Below are positions 1 through 13,483 of a stretch of 64,000 nucleotides of DNA, in pieces (within the stretch, counting starts at the first letter, position 1; the number at the start of each line of letters is the position of its first letter). The notes under the pieces are model-generated. The model ran no database searches. It worked only from the letters and a program-made list of their open reading frames with translations, and was not told where the DNA came from. The stretch is from an uncultured Planctomycetaceae bacterium (GTDB taxonomy: Bacteria; Planctomycetota; Planctomycetia; Planctomycetales; Planctomycetaceae), in contig CAWFGE010000012.1 in the NCBI GenBank assembly GCA_963815195.1, forward strand, positions 704,001 through 768,000, written 5' to 3'. The translations under genes and the position numbers were made by a program.

Positions 1-1813
1 GGCCTGGAACCCTTTGCCAATCAGATCTGGAGCGGCTTGCCCAGCGTCTCGAATTTGGAGGAATCGGCGAAGGAATTTGTCGACCCGGAAAAGGAACTCC
101 CCACGACGGCCGAGGTGCTCGGGGGCGTCTCGGACATCCTCGCGGAGCGGATCAGCGAGAACGCCCACGCCCGCGACATCGCCCGCCGGATCGCCCAGCA
201 GACCGGAAGCCTCGCCGTCTCCGCCACCAAGCAAGGCGAGGAGCAAGGCCAGGATTACCGCGATTATTTCGACCACGAAGAACCGGTTGCAAAAATCCCG
301 CCGCACCGGGTGCTGGCGATCAACCGCGGGGAGTCGGCGAAGATGCTCCGCGTCAAGTTCCACTGGGAGGCCGACCGCGCCCAGGCAAACCTGGAGAAGT
401 ATTACCGCCTCCACGAACATCGGCATGGGGAGTTTCTGAAAACCTGCGTCGCGGATGCCTTGTCCCGATTGATCCTGCCCAGCCTGGAGCGGGAAATTCG
501 CAAGGAGTCTGACCGACAAAGCCGAGACGCACGCGATCGCGGTGTTCGCGGAGAATCTGAAAAATTTGCTCCTGCAACCGCCGCTGCGGGATCGGCGGGT
601 GGTGGCGATCGATCCGGGTTTTCGCACGGGCTGCAAGCTGGCGGCGCTCGACGAGTTCGGCCACTTGATCGCGCATGATGTAATCCACATCAACGTCTCC
701 GAAGACCGCAAAGCCGCCGAGCAGCAAAAGCTCGCCGAGTTTCTCCAAACGCATAACGCGAACCTGATCGCCATCGGCAACGGCACGGCCTGCCGGGAGA
801 CGGAGGAGTTCGTCTCGGAGTTGATCGCCGAGTCTTGCCCCGATGTGGAATACATCATCGTCAACGAAGCCGGGGCCAGCGTGTACTCGGCGAGCACGAT
901 CGCCCGCGAGGAGTTTCCCGATCTCGACGCCACGGTCCGCGGCACGGTGTCGATCGGCCGGCGGCTGCAGGATCCCTTGAGCGAACTCGTGAAGATCGAT
1001 CCGCAGCACATCGGGGTGGGGATGTACCAACACGACATCGCCGCCAAACGGCTCGAAGAATCTTTGAGCCAGGTCATCGAATCCTGCGTGAATTACGTGG
1101 GCGTGGATCTCAATGTCGCCAGCCCGTCGCTCTTGGAGCACGTGTCCGGTCTCAATCAACTCATGGCCCGCCGGGTCGTGACGTGGCGGGAAGAAAACGG
1201 CCCGTTTCGCAGCCGGAAGGATTTATTAAAAGTCAGCGGCATCGGCCCGGCGACGTTCACGCAAGCCGCGGGTTTCCTCAAAGTCCAAGGCGGCGAGGAA
1301 CCGTTGGATGTCACCTGGATTCATCCCGAAAGCTACGATCCCGCCCGCAAGATTCTGGGGCGGTTGTCGTTGTCGCCGGCCGATCTCAAAGCCGCGGGCA
1401 AGGACGGGGCTTCGCTTCAAGGCAAGTTCCGCGAACTCAAGACGAACGCCTTAGCCGAGGAGTTGGACATCGGCGTGCCCACCTGCCAGGACATTCTCGC
1501 CGCCCTCGCCCGGCCCGGTTTGGACCCGCGCTCGGAGCTGCCCGGCGTGATTTTCCGGCAGGGGATTTTGAAGCTCGAAGATCTGGAACCGGGCATCGAG
1601 CTCAAAGGCACCGTGCTCAACGTGGTGGACTTCGGAGCCTTCGTCGATGTGGGCCTCAAGGACAGCGGCCTCGTCCACATCAGCCAACTCGCCAACCGCT
1701 TCGTCAAAAGCCCGCACGAAATCGTCTCGGTGGGCGACGTCGTCACGGTCTGGGTGCTGGACGTTGATCTCCAGCGCCGCCGCGTCTCCCTCACCATGCT
1801 GCCGCCGGGATGA
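1..1813 (+). CDS. tex: Tex-family RNA-binding transcriptional accessory protein (5'-partial; apparent frameshift near 508)
   Basis: PHRVLAINRGE in frame 1, then IDPGFRTGCK, IAIGNGTACRET, VNEAGASVYSAS, GRRLQDPLSELVKIDP, an HhH region and a C-terminal S1 domain (NVVDFGAFVDVG...GLVHISQL) in ORF 542..1813. Removing one base near 508 joins the frames as RKE-LTDKAETHAIAVFAENL. Confidence 0.93.
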
Positions 1814-1837
1814 TTTTTGGAGGTCGATCCGATCAAG

Positions 1838-2009
1838 TTTTTTACGCAAAGAGTGCAAAGGAAAGACGCAAAGAGGCGCAAAGGAAAATGCCAGGAATTC
1901 CCGTTCCATTTTGTGATACAGGCCTTTTTGATTTTTTGAGGCAAAGTCAATCTGTTCTCCAAGTTCTTTGCGACCTTAGCGTCTTCACTTTGTGGTCTTT
2001 GCGTTAAAA
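1838..2009. repeat. Imperfect inverted repeat built from CGCAAAG / CTTTGCG units (REP-like)
   Basis: Left arm ttttacgcaaagagtgcaaaggaaagacgcaaagaggcgcaaag; right arm ctttgcgaccttagcgtcttcactttgtggtctttgcgttaaaa. Confidence 0.6.
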
Positions 2010-2034
2010 TCGATGCTTTTTGGAGAGGAACATT

Positions 2035-3129
2035 ATGCGAAGCGTTCTCGCCCTTACGGTCTTGTTGAATATCGCCCGACCCGTTTCCGCGGCGGAGTTG
2101 GAGTGGGTGGAAGTCGGGAAGGATAAAAAATCCTTCGTGCTGGAATCGTCCGGAAAAAAGTTCGTGCCCTGGGGATTCAATTACGATCATCAGGAAGGCA
2201 GCGGGCGGTTGATTGAAGATTATTGGGACAAGGAATGGGACGCGATCGCGGAAGACTTTCGCGAGATGAAAGACCTGGGGGCGAACGTGGTTCGCGTGCA
2301 TCTGCAGTTCGGCACCTTCATGGAAACCGCCGACAAACCCAACGAGCATTCCCTCAAACAATTGGAACGGCTCTTAAAGTTGGCGGAGGACACGGGGTTG
2401 TATCTCGATCTGACGGGGCTGGGCTGCTACCACAAGCAGGCCGTGCCCGCGTGGTATGACAAGCTCGATGAGAAACACCGTTGGGCGGCACAGGCGGCGT
2501 TTTGGGAAGCCGTCGCCGCCCGCTGCGCGAACAGCCCGGCCGTGTTTTGCTACGACCTGATGAACGAACCCGTTCTTCCCGGCAACGACAAGCGGGACGA
2601 TTGGCTCGCCGGGGCGTTTGGGGGCAAGCATTTTGTGCAATTCATCGCGCTCTCGGCGGCGGGCCGGCCGCGCGAGGAGATCGCCAAGAAATGGGTCGGC
2701 CAAATCGCCGCCGCCGTCCGCAAGCACGACCGCCGGCATCTGGTCACCGTGGGCCTCGTGCCTTGGAGTCTCGACCGCCCGGGCCTGACCTCCGGCTTCA
2801 TCCCGGAGAAAATCGCCGGCGATCTGGACTTCATCGCCGTCCACATCTACCCCGAAGCCGGCAAGATCGACGAGGCGTTGGAAACGCTGAAAGGCTTCGC
2901 GAAAGTCGGCAAGCCCGTGGTTATCGAAGAGATTTTCCCGCTGAAATGCGGTGCCGACGAGTTGGGGAAGTTCATCGATCAATCTCGAAAAGACGCGACC
3001 GGCTGGATCGGCTTTTATTGGGGCAAGACGCCCTCCGAGTACAAAAAAGCCGGCACGATCCGCGATGCGATCGTGCTGAGCTGGCTGGAATTGTTCGAGA
3101 AAAAAGGCAAACAAATCCAGCAGCCGTAA
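2035..3129 (+). CDS. Secreted glycoside hydrolase, cellulase (GH5)-like clan A
   Basis: Signal peptide ending ...PVSA, WGFNY, GANVVRVH, acid/base motif LMNEP, HIYP, putative nucleophile in VIEE; GGAGAGG RBS upstream. Confidence 0.8.
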   Translation: MRSVLALTVLLNIARPVSAAELEWVEVGKDKKSFVLESSGKKFVPWGFNYDHQEGSGRLIEDYWDKEWDAIAEDFREMKDLGANVVRVHLQFGTFMETADKPNEHSLKQLERLLKLAEDTGLYLDLTGLGCYHKQAVPAWYDKLDEKHRWAAQAAFWEAVAARCANSPAVFCYDLMNEPVLPGNDKRDDWLAGAFGGKHFVQFIALSAAGRPREEIAKKWVGQIAAAVRKHDRRHLVTVGLVPWSLDRPGLTSGFIPEKIAGDLDFIAVHIYPEAGKIDEALETLKGFAKVGKPVVIEEIFPLKCGADELGKFIDQSRKDATGWIGFYWGKTPSEYKKAGTIRDAIVLSWLELFEKKGKQIQQP

Positions 3130-3149
3130 TCTGAGCGGTCGGCGCTAGC

Positions 3150-3561
3150 CTGGGCCGTTAAAAATTTGGTGTTGACGACGATTTGTCTTTGCGCAGCTGT
3201 TCGACCGTTCGTAAATTCAACTGTTTCAAATTTGAGAAAAAGGACCGAAGGTCCGGCCCTATGTCAGCCCAGGTCGCTGCCCTGGGAACGGGAACGAACA
3301 AAATGCCGAAGCCCAACGGGGCGGCCCGAAATCGGAAATACGCAATGCCTTGTTCCGTGGCGAGAGTTGCCACATAAGGCCGCCCCGTTGGGGCTTGCGT
3401 TTCCATGGATCATCCGTAACCCAGGGCGGCGCTGCGCTTGCCCTGGGCTGACAGAGAGCCGGGCCTTCGGCCCTAATGCTTTCCAAAAAAAACGAGAACA
3501 ACGGTGGCGCAAGCCAGAACCCGCGTTTTTAGACTTCAATACCAATTTTTTAACAGCCCGG
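3150..3561. mobile_element. MITE-like non-autonomous element inserted into a REP arm
   Basis: 24-bp terminal inverted repeats gggccgttaaaaatttggtgttga (3152) and tcaataccaattttttaacagccc (ending 3559), 21/24 identical. Flanking direct repeat cgctagc (extendable to ggcgctagcc). No transposase ORF inside. Confidence 0.7.
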
Positions 3562-3601
3562 CGCTAGCCGCCGGTTTCGATGATAGGACACTCACAAAAT
3601 C

Positions 3602-3838
3602 AAGCCGGCGGCTAGCGCCGTGCCGCTCACGGATTTCAGCCGGCGGCTAGCGCCGTGCCGCTCACGGATTTCAGCCGGCGGCTACGCCGTGCCGCTCACG
3701 GATTTCAGCCGGCGGCTAGCGCCGTGCCGCTCCGGCCGCTACCGTGCCGCTCACGGATTTAAGGATTTCAGCCGGCGGCTAGCGCCGTGCCGCTCACGGA
3801 TTTAAGGATTTCAGCCGGCGGCTGCGCCGTGCCGCTCA
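3602..3838. repeat. Tandem array of about 7 copies of a ~35-bp REP-derived unit
   Basis: agccggcggctagcgccgtgccgctcacggatttc repeated head to tail with small indels and no unique spacers. Confidence 0.9.
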
Positions 3839-4735
3839 CGGCTTTAAGTGTTTCTCGAAGAAATCCCACATGGCCTGGTCAGCTTTTTCGCGGGCTTTGC
3901 CGCCGAAGCCGTGGCCTTGGCCTTCCAGGATGATCAGCGTGTGCGAGGCGCCGGCGGCTTTCATTTTCTCGTCGAGCCTCTTCGCCTGGGCGAGCGGGAC
4001 GAGGGTGTCCTTGTCGCCTTGCAGCGTGAGCACCGGCGGATCGTCTTTGCTCACATAAGTCACCGGGCTCGCGGCTTTGTAGGTGTCGGGGACTTCGCCG
4101 GGCGTGCCGCCCATGAACAGCCGAAAGATCCAGGCGACGGAACTCGTTTCGTAAGCGCTCGCCATTTCGGTGGGGCCGAACACGTTGACGACCGCCTGCA
4201 CGCGGCTGGATTGATCGGGATGCCCGCCGTCGCCTTCGAGCTTCGCCTTTTGATCGGCGAGCCCGACCAAGAGGGAGAGATGCCCGCCGGCCGATCCGCC
4301 GGTGACGCCGACGCGCTCGGGATCGACGTGATACTTCTTCGCGTGGGCCCGCAGCCAGCGGATCGCGGCTTTGGCATCGTGGATCTGGGCCGGGAAGATC
4401 GGCTTCGCCGTCGTGGTTTCTTTTTTCTTCTGGTCGAATTCCATCAAGCGGTAGCTGATCGTCGCGGCGACGTAGCCTTTTTCGGCGGCTTCGCGGATTT
4501 GCGATTTGTAGGCCTGGCGGTTGCCCTGAAACCAGCCGCCGCCGTGGATGAACACAATTGCCGGGAACGGCCCTTCGCCTTCCGGCCGGGCCAGATCGAG
4601 TTTTAAGTCCGTGTCTCCGCCCCGGCCGTAGGTGATGTTTTCTTTGAGGGTCACATCGGCCGCGCGGGCAAACTCGGCGAACAACCCCAAGGCGACGACC
4701 GCAATCAAGAGCGGCGGAAATCTCTTCGCCAACAT
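3836..4735 (-). CDS. Secreted alpha/beta hydrolase (esterase/lipase)
   Basis: Signal peptide, HGGGW oxyanion motif, GGSAGG nucleophile elbow, QGDKD and GHG catalytic Asp/His. Confidence 0.9.
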   Translation of the reverse strand: MLAKRFPPLLIAVVALGLFAEFARAADVTLKENITYGRGGDTDLKLDLARPEGEGPFPAIVFIHGGGWFQGNRQAYKSQIREAAEKGYVAATISYRLMEFDQKKKETTTAKPIFPAQIHDAKAAIRWLRAHAKKYHVDPERVGVTGGSAGGHLSLLVGLADQKAKLEGDGGHPDQSSRVQAVVNVFGPTEMASAYETSSVAWIFRLFMGGTPGEVPDTYKAASPVTYVSKDDPPVLTLQGDKDTLVPLAQAKRLDEKMKAAGASHTLIILEGQGHGFGGKAREKADQAMWDFFEKHLKP

Positions 4736-4840
4736 GTCAGACTCTCCCAGACGTAGAAATGGAAACGGACCGAGCATTCTATTCGGCACATGGCGAGAGG
4801 GAAAAGGTGCCGGCGCCGGATTCTCTCCCCCCGTTTTAAC

Positions 4841-6276
4841 TCACACCAGAATCTCGCGGATGATTTTGCCGTGCACGTCGGTCAGCCGGCGGTCGAGGCC
4901 GTCGTGATACCACGTCAGCTTGCGGTGATTGAAGCCCAGAAGATGGAGCACCGTGGCATAAAAATCCCACACGGTCACGGGGTTCACTTCCGCCCGGCGG
5001 CCGAACTCGTCGGTGGCTCCGTAGGATTGTCCTCCCGTGACGCCGGCTCCCATCATCCAGCACGTGAACCCGGCGGGGTTGTGATCGCGGCCGGTGGTGC
5101 CGGCTTGGTGCGTGGGCATCCGGCCGAACTCGGTCGTCCATAAAACCAACGTGTCGCCCAACAAGCCGCGCTGTTTCAAATCGGTCAACAGGGCCGCGGT
5201 GGGCTGGTCGAATATTGGGCAATGGCGTTCGTAATCGGGCTTGAGAGTTTTATGGGCGTCCCAATTGAGAAGCCCATCCACGCCCGAAGCCCGGGAAGCG
5301 CAATACAGATTGACGTATCGCACGCCCCGCTCCAACAGCCGTCGGGCCAAGAGACAGTTGCGGGCGTAGGCGGCTTTGAGTTTGTTGGGATCCCGGGTCC
5401 CATAAAGCCGATGCGTGGATGACGATTCGGAGCGAAAGTCCAGAACCTCGGCGCGGAAAGCTGCATGCGGGCCGCGAGGGTGTAGGCTTTGATGCGGGCT
5501 TCCAGTTCCGATTGGCCGGGATGCGCCTGGGCATCGCGCTCGTTCAAGAACTGGAGCAACTCCCGCGTGGCCTGTTCTTCTTTGGCCGAGATGCTTTCGG
5601 GGCGGGCCAGATTGCGGATTGGGTGTTGGGCATTCATCATGATCGCCTGGTGCCGGGCGGGCAGAAAGCCGTTGCTCCAATTTGCCTTGCCGTTGGGCGG
5701 TTCGCCGCGGATGTCAGGGATCGCAACGTAGGTCGGCAGATTCTCATTCTCGCTGCCCAACGCATAACTCAGCCAGGCTCCCGCGCTGGGAAAACCTTCC
5801 TGGGCGTGGCCGGTGTTCATAAAGATGCAGCCGGGACCGTGGGTGTTGGTTTTGGAGGTCATCGAATGGATGAACGCGATGTCGTCCACATGCCGGGCCA
5901 TCTCCGGGAGCATGCTGGAGATGCGTTTGCCGGTCTCGCCCGCGGGCGGCATCGGCCAGGGGCTTTTCATCAGGTTGCCGTTCTTGCCTTGGAACGAGAC
6001 AAAGTTCTCTTCCCCCGGCAGCGGTTTTCCATGGTATTTTTCCAGGCTGGGCTTGTGCTCCCACAAGTCGATGTGCGAAGCCGCCCCCGGACAGAAAATC
6101 TGCAGCACCCGCTTGGCTTTCGGGGGATGATGTGCCATGCCCCGCCCGGCTTGCCAAGCGGTTGTCTCCGCGTTCGCTTCGCCGAGCAGATTCAACAGTC
6201 CCAGGCCCGCCATCGCGGTGTAAACGTTTTCAAACCAACGCCGGCGGGTTAAGGGAGATTTCAATTCGCTGATCAC
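4841..6276 (-). CDS. DUF1501 family protein (frameshift near 5450)
   Basis: Twin-Arg-like N-terminus TRRRWF, HHPPKAKRVLQIF, GAASHIDLWEHKP; C-terminal half with ARRLLERGVRYV, WDAH, DLKQRGLL, TEFGRMP, GRDHNP, YGATDEFG, LTDVHG. Confidence 0.88.
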
Positions 6277-6289
6277 GATCAGATTCTCG

Positions 6290-9246
<2,957 letters not shown>

Positions 9247-9472
9247 CGTTCTCGGAGCTTTCCGTAACGGAAAATTAAGGACCGGGAAACACACGAATGA
9301 CACGCAAGGCAAGGAACGACGGATCACACCGATCGCACGGAAAAGCCAATTTTCGGAAGCGAACCTTGGAAACGACACGACTCCTTTAGACGGGAATCCT
9401 CGAGTCCTTTCGTCCGTTCGTGGTCCCCCTCCCTCTATTGATCGGCGATTGCGGGGGCTTCGCTCTCGGACA

Positions 9473-10867
9473 TTAAGGAGCTTTGCCGGTTTCGGTTGGG
9501 GATTCCTCCAGCGGCGGCTGCCAAGGGACGCTGCCGTAGCGCTGGATTTCCCTCCGCAGCTCGGCGGCGAGTTGCTGGAAAACTTTGCGTTCTTTTTGGA
9601 TGACGTTGTTCTTTTCCTGCGGGTCATCTTTGAGGTTATAAAGCTCCTGCGGCTCGAACGGGCTGTTTTGCAACAACTTCCAATCGCCACGGATGACGGC
9701 TTCGATCGTTTTCCCGCCGTACCGCGTGCCGCCTTCCCGCCGGCGGAAGAACCAATGCGTCCTGAGCGGCTCCTGCGTTTGTCCGAGGAGCGTCGGCAGC
9801 ACGCTCAAGCCGTCGATTCCTGAGGAAGGCTGCAAACCCGCCGCGGCTTCCATCGTCGGAAACAGATCCATCGACATCGCCCGGAAATCGGTTTGGCGGC
9901 CGGGGGCGATGTGACCGGGCCAGACGGCGATCGCGGGGACTTTCAAGCCGCCTTCATACACGCTTTGCTTCCCGTCGCGAAGCGGGCCGTTGTTCGCGCC
10001 GGCTTCCAGTTGGCCGCCGTTGTCCGAGCTGAAGAGAACCAGCGTGTTCCCGGCCAGGTTCTGCTCTTCGAGGCAGTTCATCACCTGCCCGATGCCGTGG
10101 TCCAAATGCTCGATCAACGCCACCAGTTTGGCCCGGCGGTCGGTGAGGTTCGGCTCCCGCTGCTTCACTTTTTCCAGCCACTCTTTCGGCGGTTGGATCG
10201 GCGTATGCGGGGCGTTGTACGCCAGGTACAAAAAGAACGGTTCGCCGGGCTTTCGCTCTTTGAGATAATCGCAGGCCCATTCGGTAAACAGATCCGTGGC
10301 GTGGCCTTGGGGATCGATTTCGGTTTCGTTGAGCCTCATATAGTTGATGTTGTGCCGGCGATGGTTGTAATAGTCGTCCATCATGTCGCCCAAAAAGCCG
10401 TGGAAATGATCGAAGCCGCGGGCGCCCGGCGTGTTGGGCGAGCCGAGCCCCAAATGCCATTTCCCGATGATTCCCGAATGATACCCCGCCGCCTTGAGCG
10501 ACTTCGGCAACAGCACTGCATCCGGACTGAGCCAGCCCCAACTGTTGTCGGCGTGGGTGCGAATCACGCCGGGCACGCCGACGAGATCCTGATAACGGCC
10601 TGTGAGGAGCGCCGCCCGCGTCGGCGAGCACACCGGGCAATTCGCGTAGAAGTTCGAAAACTTGAGGCCCCGTTCGGCGAGGCGGTCGATGTTCGGCGAT
10701 TTGAGGTCCTTGGCTCCGTAGCTGCTCAAATCGCCGTACCCGAGGTCGTCCACCAAAATCATGAGGATGTTGGGCCGGGCCTCGGCCGACCGGGCCGATC
10801 GCACGTCCGAGCCCATCAAACCGATTGCGAACGCGAACAGTAAACAACATCTCGCCAAGAGCTTCAT
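9473..10867 (-). CDS. Formylglycine-dependent sulfatase
   Basis: PNILMILVDDLG, CSPTRAALLTG (CxPxR), GKWHLG, SDNG, GKQSVYEGG, ELYNLKDDPQE; signal peptide. Confidence 0.95.
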   Translation of the reverse strand: MKLLARCCLLFAFAIGLMGSDVRSARSAEARPNILMILVDDLGYGDLSSYGAKDLKSPNIDRLAERGLKFSNFYANCPVCSPTRAALLTGRYQDLVGVPGVIRTHADNSWGWLSPDAVLLPKSLKAAGYHSGIIGKWHLGLGSPNTPGARGFDHFHGFLGDMMDDYYNHRRHNINYMRLNETEIDPQGHATDLFTEWACDYLKERKPGEPFFLYLAYNAPHTPIQPPKEWLEKVKQREPNLTDRRAKLVALIEHLDHGIGQVMNCLEEQNLAGNTLVLFSSDNGGQLEAGANNGPLRDGKQSVYEGGLKVPAIAVWPGHIAPGRQTDFRAMSMDLFPTMEAAAGLQPSSGIDGLSVLPTLLGQTQEPLRTHWFFRRREGGTRYGGKTIEAVIRGDWKLLQNSPFEPQELYNLKDDPQEKNNVIQKERKVFQQLAAELRREIQRYGSVPWQPPLEESPTETGKAP

Positions 10868-10975
10868 GGAATGGTCCTTGCGCTGGAAATTTCGGTCTGG
10901 GATTTGATTTCAGTATGCCCGCAATCGGGGCGAGGTTCAATTGTGTGTGGGTTTCATAAAAGTAGGTACGAACTT

Positions 10976-11052
10976 GGGTGGCACGCCCTGAGGAACGAAG
11001 GGCGTGGTCCTAACGATCGCCACGCCCTTCGTTCCTCAGGGACGTGCCACCC
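10976..11052. repeat. Long near-perfect palindrome (REP-like hairpin)
   Basis: gggtggcacgccctgaggaacgaagggcgtgg ... ccacgcccttcgttcctcagggacgtgccaccc, about 32-bp stem with one bulge. Confidence 0.85.
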
Positions 11053-11133
11053 GTCGCGCAAATGGTAGGCGTCCACAGGATGCGGTATAGTCGCCAGAGT
11101 CGTCTCACTGAAATTGCCCTCCGAGCCCTACCC

Positions 11134-12174
11134 ATGACTCCTGAACCCCTCCCGTATCTCACCGCGGACTGCCCCGGCATCGGCGGGACCCTCAAACACC
11201 AGCCCGAAGATTTTCTCGTCGAGGAAATCCCCGCGTACGAACCCGCGGGCACGGGCGAGCATTTGTTTTTGTGGATCGAGAAGCGCGACACCTCGGCGGA
11301 CCAGTTGGCCGGGCATCTGGCCCGCGTGCTCCAGATTCCGCGGGCGGACATCGGCATGGCGGGACTGAAAGACCGGCGGGCGGTGACTCGGCAATTTGTC
11401 TCCGTGCCCGCCCGCTGCGAATCGCAAGTCCCGTTATTGGAAACGGAGAACATTCGCGTGCTCAAAGCGGCTCGGCACGGCAACAAATTGAAGACCGCCC
11501 ATCTGCGGGGCAACCGGTTTTCGATTCTGGTCCGGGATTTGGCTCCCGATGCCGAGCAGACGGCGGCCAAGATCGCCGAACGAATCGCCCGAGCCGGGTT
11601 TCCGAACTACTTCGGCGAGCAACGCTTCGGCAAAGACGGGGGCACGCTCGAAACCGGTCTCGCCTTGCTGCGGGGCGAGCGGAGCGAACGCGATCTGCCC
11701 CGCTCCCGGCGGAAGTTCTTGTTGCGGCTGGCGCTCTCGGCGGTGCAGTCCGAGCTTTTTAACCAAACGCTCGCCCGGCGGTTAAAAGATGGTTCGATCG
11801 AGCACGTTTTGCCGGGCGATGTGATGCAGGTCGCCGCGTCTGGAGGGTTGTTTGTCGTGGAAGATCAACCGGCGGAACAACAACGGTTCGAAACGGGAGA
11901 GATCGTTCCGACCGGCCCCTTGTTCGGTCCCAAAATGCGAAAACCCGGCGGAGAACCGGCCGGGCGCGAACAGGAGGTTTTGGATCGCAACCAATTAAAT
12001 GACAACGACTTTCGCCGATTCGCCAAGCTGACGCCCGGTTCCCGGCGGGCGTTTTTGGTTCGGCCGCAGGACTTGCGGATTTCCCCGGAAGTCGAGGGAC
12101 TGCGGTTTGATGTGACCTTGCCCGCGGGAGTTTATGCGACCACGCTGCTACGCGAATTTCAGAAGCCTCAATAA
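11134..12174 (+). CDS. truD: tRNA pseudouridine(13) synthase
   Basis: PEDFLVEE, GEHLFLWIEK, catalytic AGLKDRRAVTRQ, LRGNRF, GFPNYFGEQRFG, SAVQSELFN, LPAGVYATTLLRE. Confidence 0.95.
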   Translation: MTPEPLPYLTADCPGIGGTLKHQPEDFLVEEIPAYEPAGTGEHLFLWIEKRDTSADQLAGHLARVLQIPRADIGMAGLKDRRAVTRQFVSVPARCESQVPLLETENIRVLKAARHGNKLKTAHLRGNRFSILVRDLAPDAEQTAAKIAERIARAGFPNYFGEQRFGKDGGTLETGLALLRGERSERDLPRSRRKFLLRLALSAVQSELFNQTLARRLKDGSIEHVLPGDVMQVAASGGLFVVEDQPAEQQRFETGEIVPTGPLFGPKMRKPGGEPAGREQEVLDRNQLNDNDFRRFAKLTPGSRRAFLVRPQDLRISPEVEGLRFDVTLPAGVYATTLLREFQKPQ

Positions 12175-12182
12175 CGCTCGAA

Positions 12183-13130
12183 TTATCCACCCGTCAAGCG
12201 CAGTTGGGGGACGATGCGGTCCTTGGGATAGCGTTCCAAGAAGGTTTCCAGGTTCATCGGGAAGCTGACGTTGATTCCCTGCTTTTGAAAGCCTTCGCGA
12301 ATGCTCTTGCTGCTTTGCCATTCGTCGTTGGAAATCTGGCCGTCGTGATTCCCGTCCAGTTTGGGAAAGACGAACCGGGCCTCGGCGGCGCTGGGTTTTT
12401 CATCCGCGGCGGCGATGGGGTTGCCCTCGGCATCGGTCCCCGGATTGGACGGAGCGGCGGAGGAGGAATTGGATGGCGAAACCGCCACGGACGTCGCCGC
12501 GACGGAGGTGGTGGGCACGGCCGCTGCGTCGGTGAAGTTCTCGGCGATGACCAACTCGCGGGCGGTGAGAAAGCCGTCGCGGTTGGTGTCCATGTTCATG
12601 AATTGGGCGATGTCCTGGGGTTTCCATTGCCGCCATTCCAGGAGGTCGATTTGTCCGTCGCCGTCGGCATCGCCCGCGGCGAATTGGGCGGGGATCTCGA
12701 CGCCGATCGGCGCATGGGGCGTGGGCACATAGGGTTGAATTTTGGGGGCGTTTCCCGAACCTCCTCGTCCGTTGTCTCCGCCACCGCCGAATCCACCCCG
12801 GCTGAAGCCTCCAAACCCGCCCCGGTCGCCGCCCCGGTCATCGTCGCCCCCCCGGCCGCGGTCATCGCCGCCCCGGCTGAAGCCTCCAAATCCGCCGCGG
12901 TCGCCTCCTCCAAATCCGCCGCGATCGCCTCCTCCAAATCCGCCGCGGCTGCGCATTTCTTCAAACCGCCGGCGCATCTCCTCGCGGTCAAACCCGCCGC
13001 GGTCGCCGCCCCGATCAAATCCGCCGCCCCTGCTGTCGCCGCCGCGGCCGCGAAACTGGGCATTTGCCGACTGAGCGAACAGGCCGACGACCAATCCGAA
13101 CACGACAAGGAAGAGGATTCTGTTAAACAT
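12183..13130 (-). CDS. Secreted RGG-rich EF-hand protein
   Basis: Signal peptide (..SANA/Q), about 100-aa RGG/GGF low-complexity region, three EF-hand loops DADGDGQIDLLE, DTNRDGFLTARE, DGNHDGQISNDE. Confidence 0.85.
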   Translation of the reverse strand: MFNRILFLVVFGLVVGLFAQSANAQFRGRGGDSRGGGFDRGGDRGGFDREEMRRRFEEMRSRGGFGGGDRGGFGGGDRGGFGGFSRGGDDRGRGGDDDRGGDRGGFGGFSRGGFGGGGDNGRGGSGNAPKIQPYVPTPHAPIGVEIPAQFAAGDADGDGQIDLLEWRQWKPQDIAQFMNMDTNRDGFLTARELVIAENFTDAAAVPTTSVAATSVAVSPSNSSSAAPSNPGTDAEGNPIAAADEKPSAAEARFVFPKLDGNHDGQISNDEWQSSKSIREGFQKQGINVSFPMNLETFLERYPKDRIVPQLRLTGG

Positions 13131-13483
13131 CGCAAATTTCCTCAGATTTGGCAGTCCGATTTGACTTGGGGGGTGTTGTATATCCTATGGCTTTTTTCTC
13201 ATCGATATTTTGCGAGCGTTTTTCGATGAAAACCCTTAAAATGAGTTTGACGGTTGGGAAAAGGCTGTCGAAACGCCACGGGCCGGAATAAACTAGACGT
13301 TTGGAAGAAACCCGTTGCGGGATTTGGAAAACATCCCTTCTGTTCCAAATCCTGCTATCCATTTCCCGGGGGAGAAGTGATGATGAGGAATTCCTACCTC
13401 ATCCCATTCTAACCCCGTCCCATCACAAACAGACCTGCGGAATTCTCGATTTGCCAAACTTTCTTGAAAGCGGGCGACGATTC

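Noticed and set aside
3158..3567. Short ORFs as a transposase for the MITE
   Set aside because: No DDE or HUH motifs; the ORFs are translations of palindromic DNA on both strands.
3602..3838. Possible CRISPR array (about 35-bp repeats)
   Set aside because: No unique spacers, the unit equals a REP arm found elsewhere in the window, and there are no cas genes.
9275..9425. Possible ncRNA between the sulfatase and DUF1553 genes
   Set aside because: It looks like a degenerate acacgaa/ttcgt repeat element similar in style to the one at 1838-2009; pairing is too weak to call.
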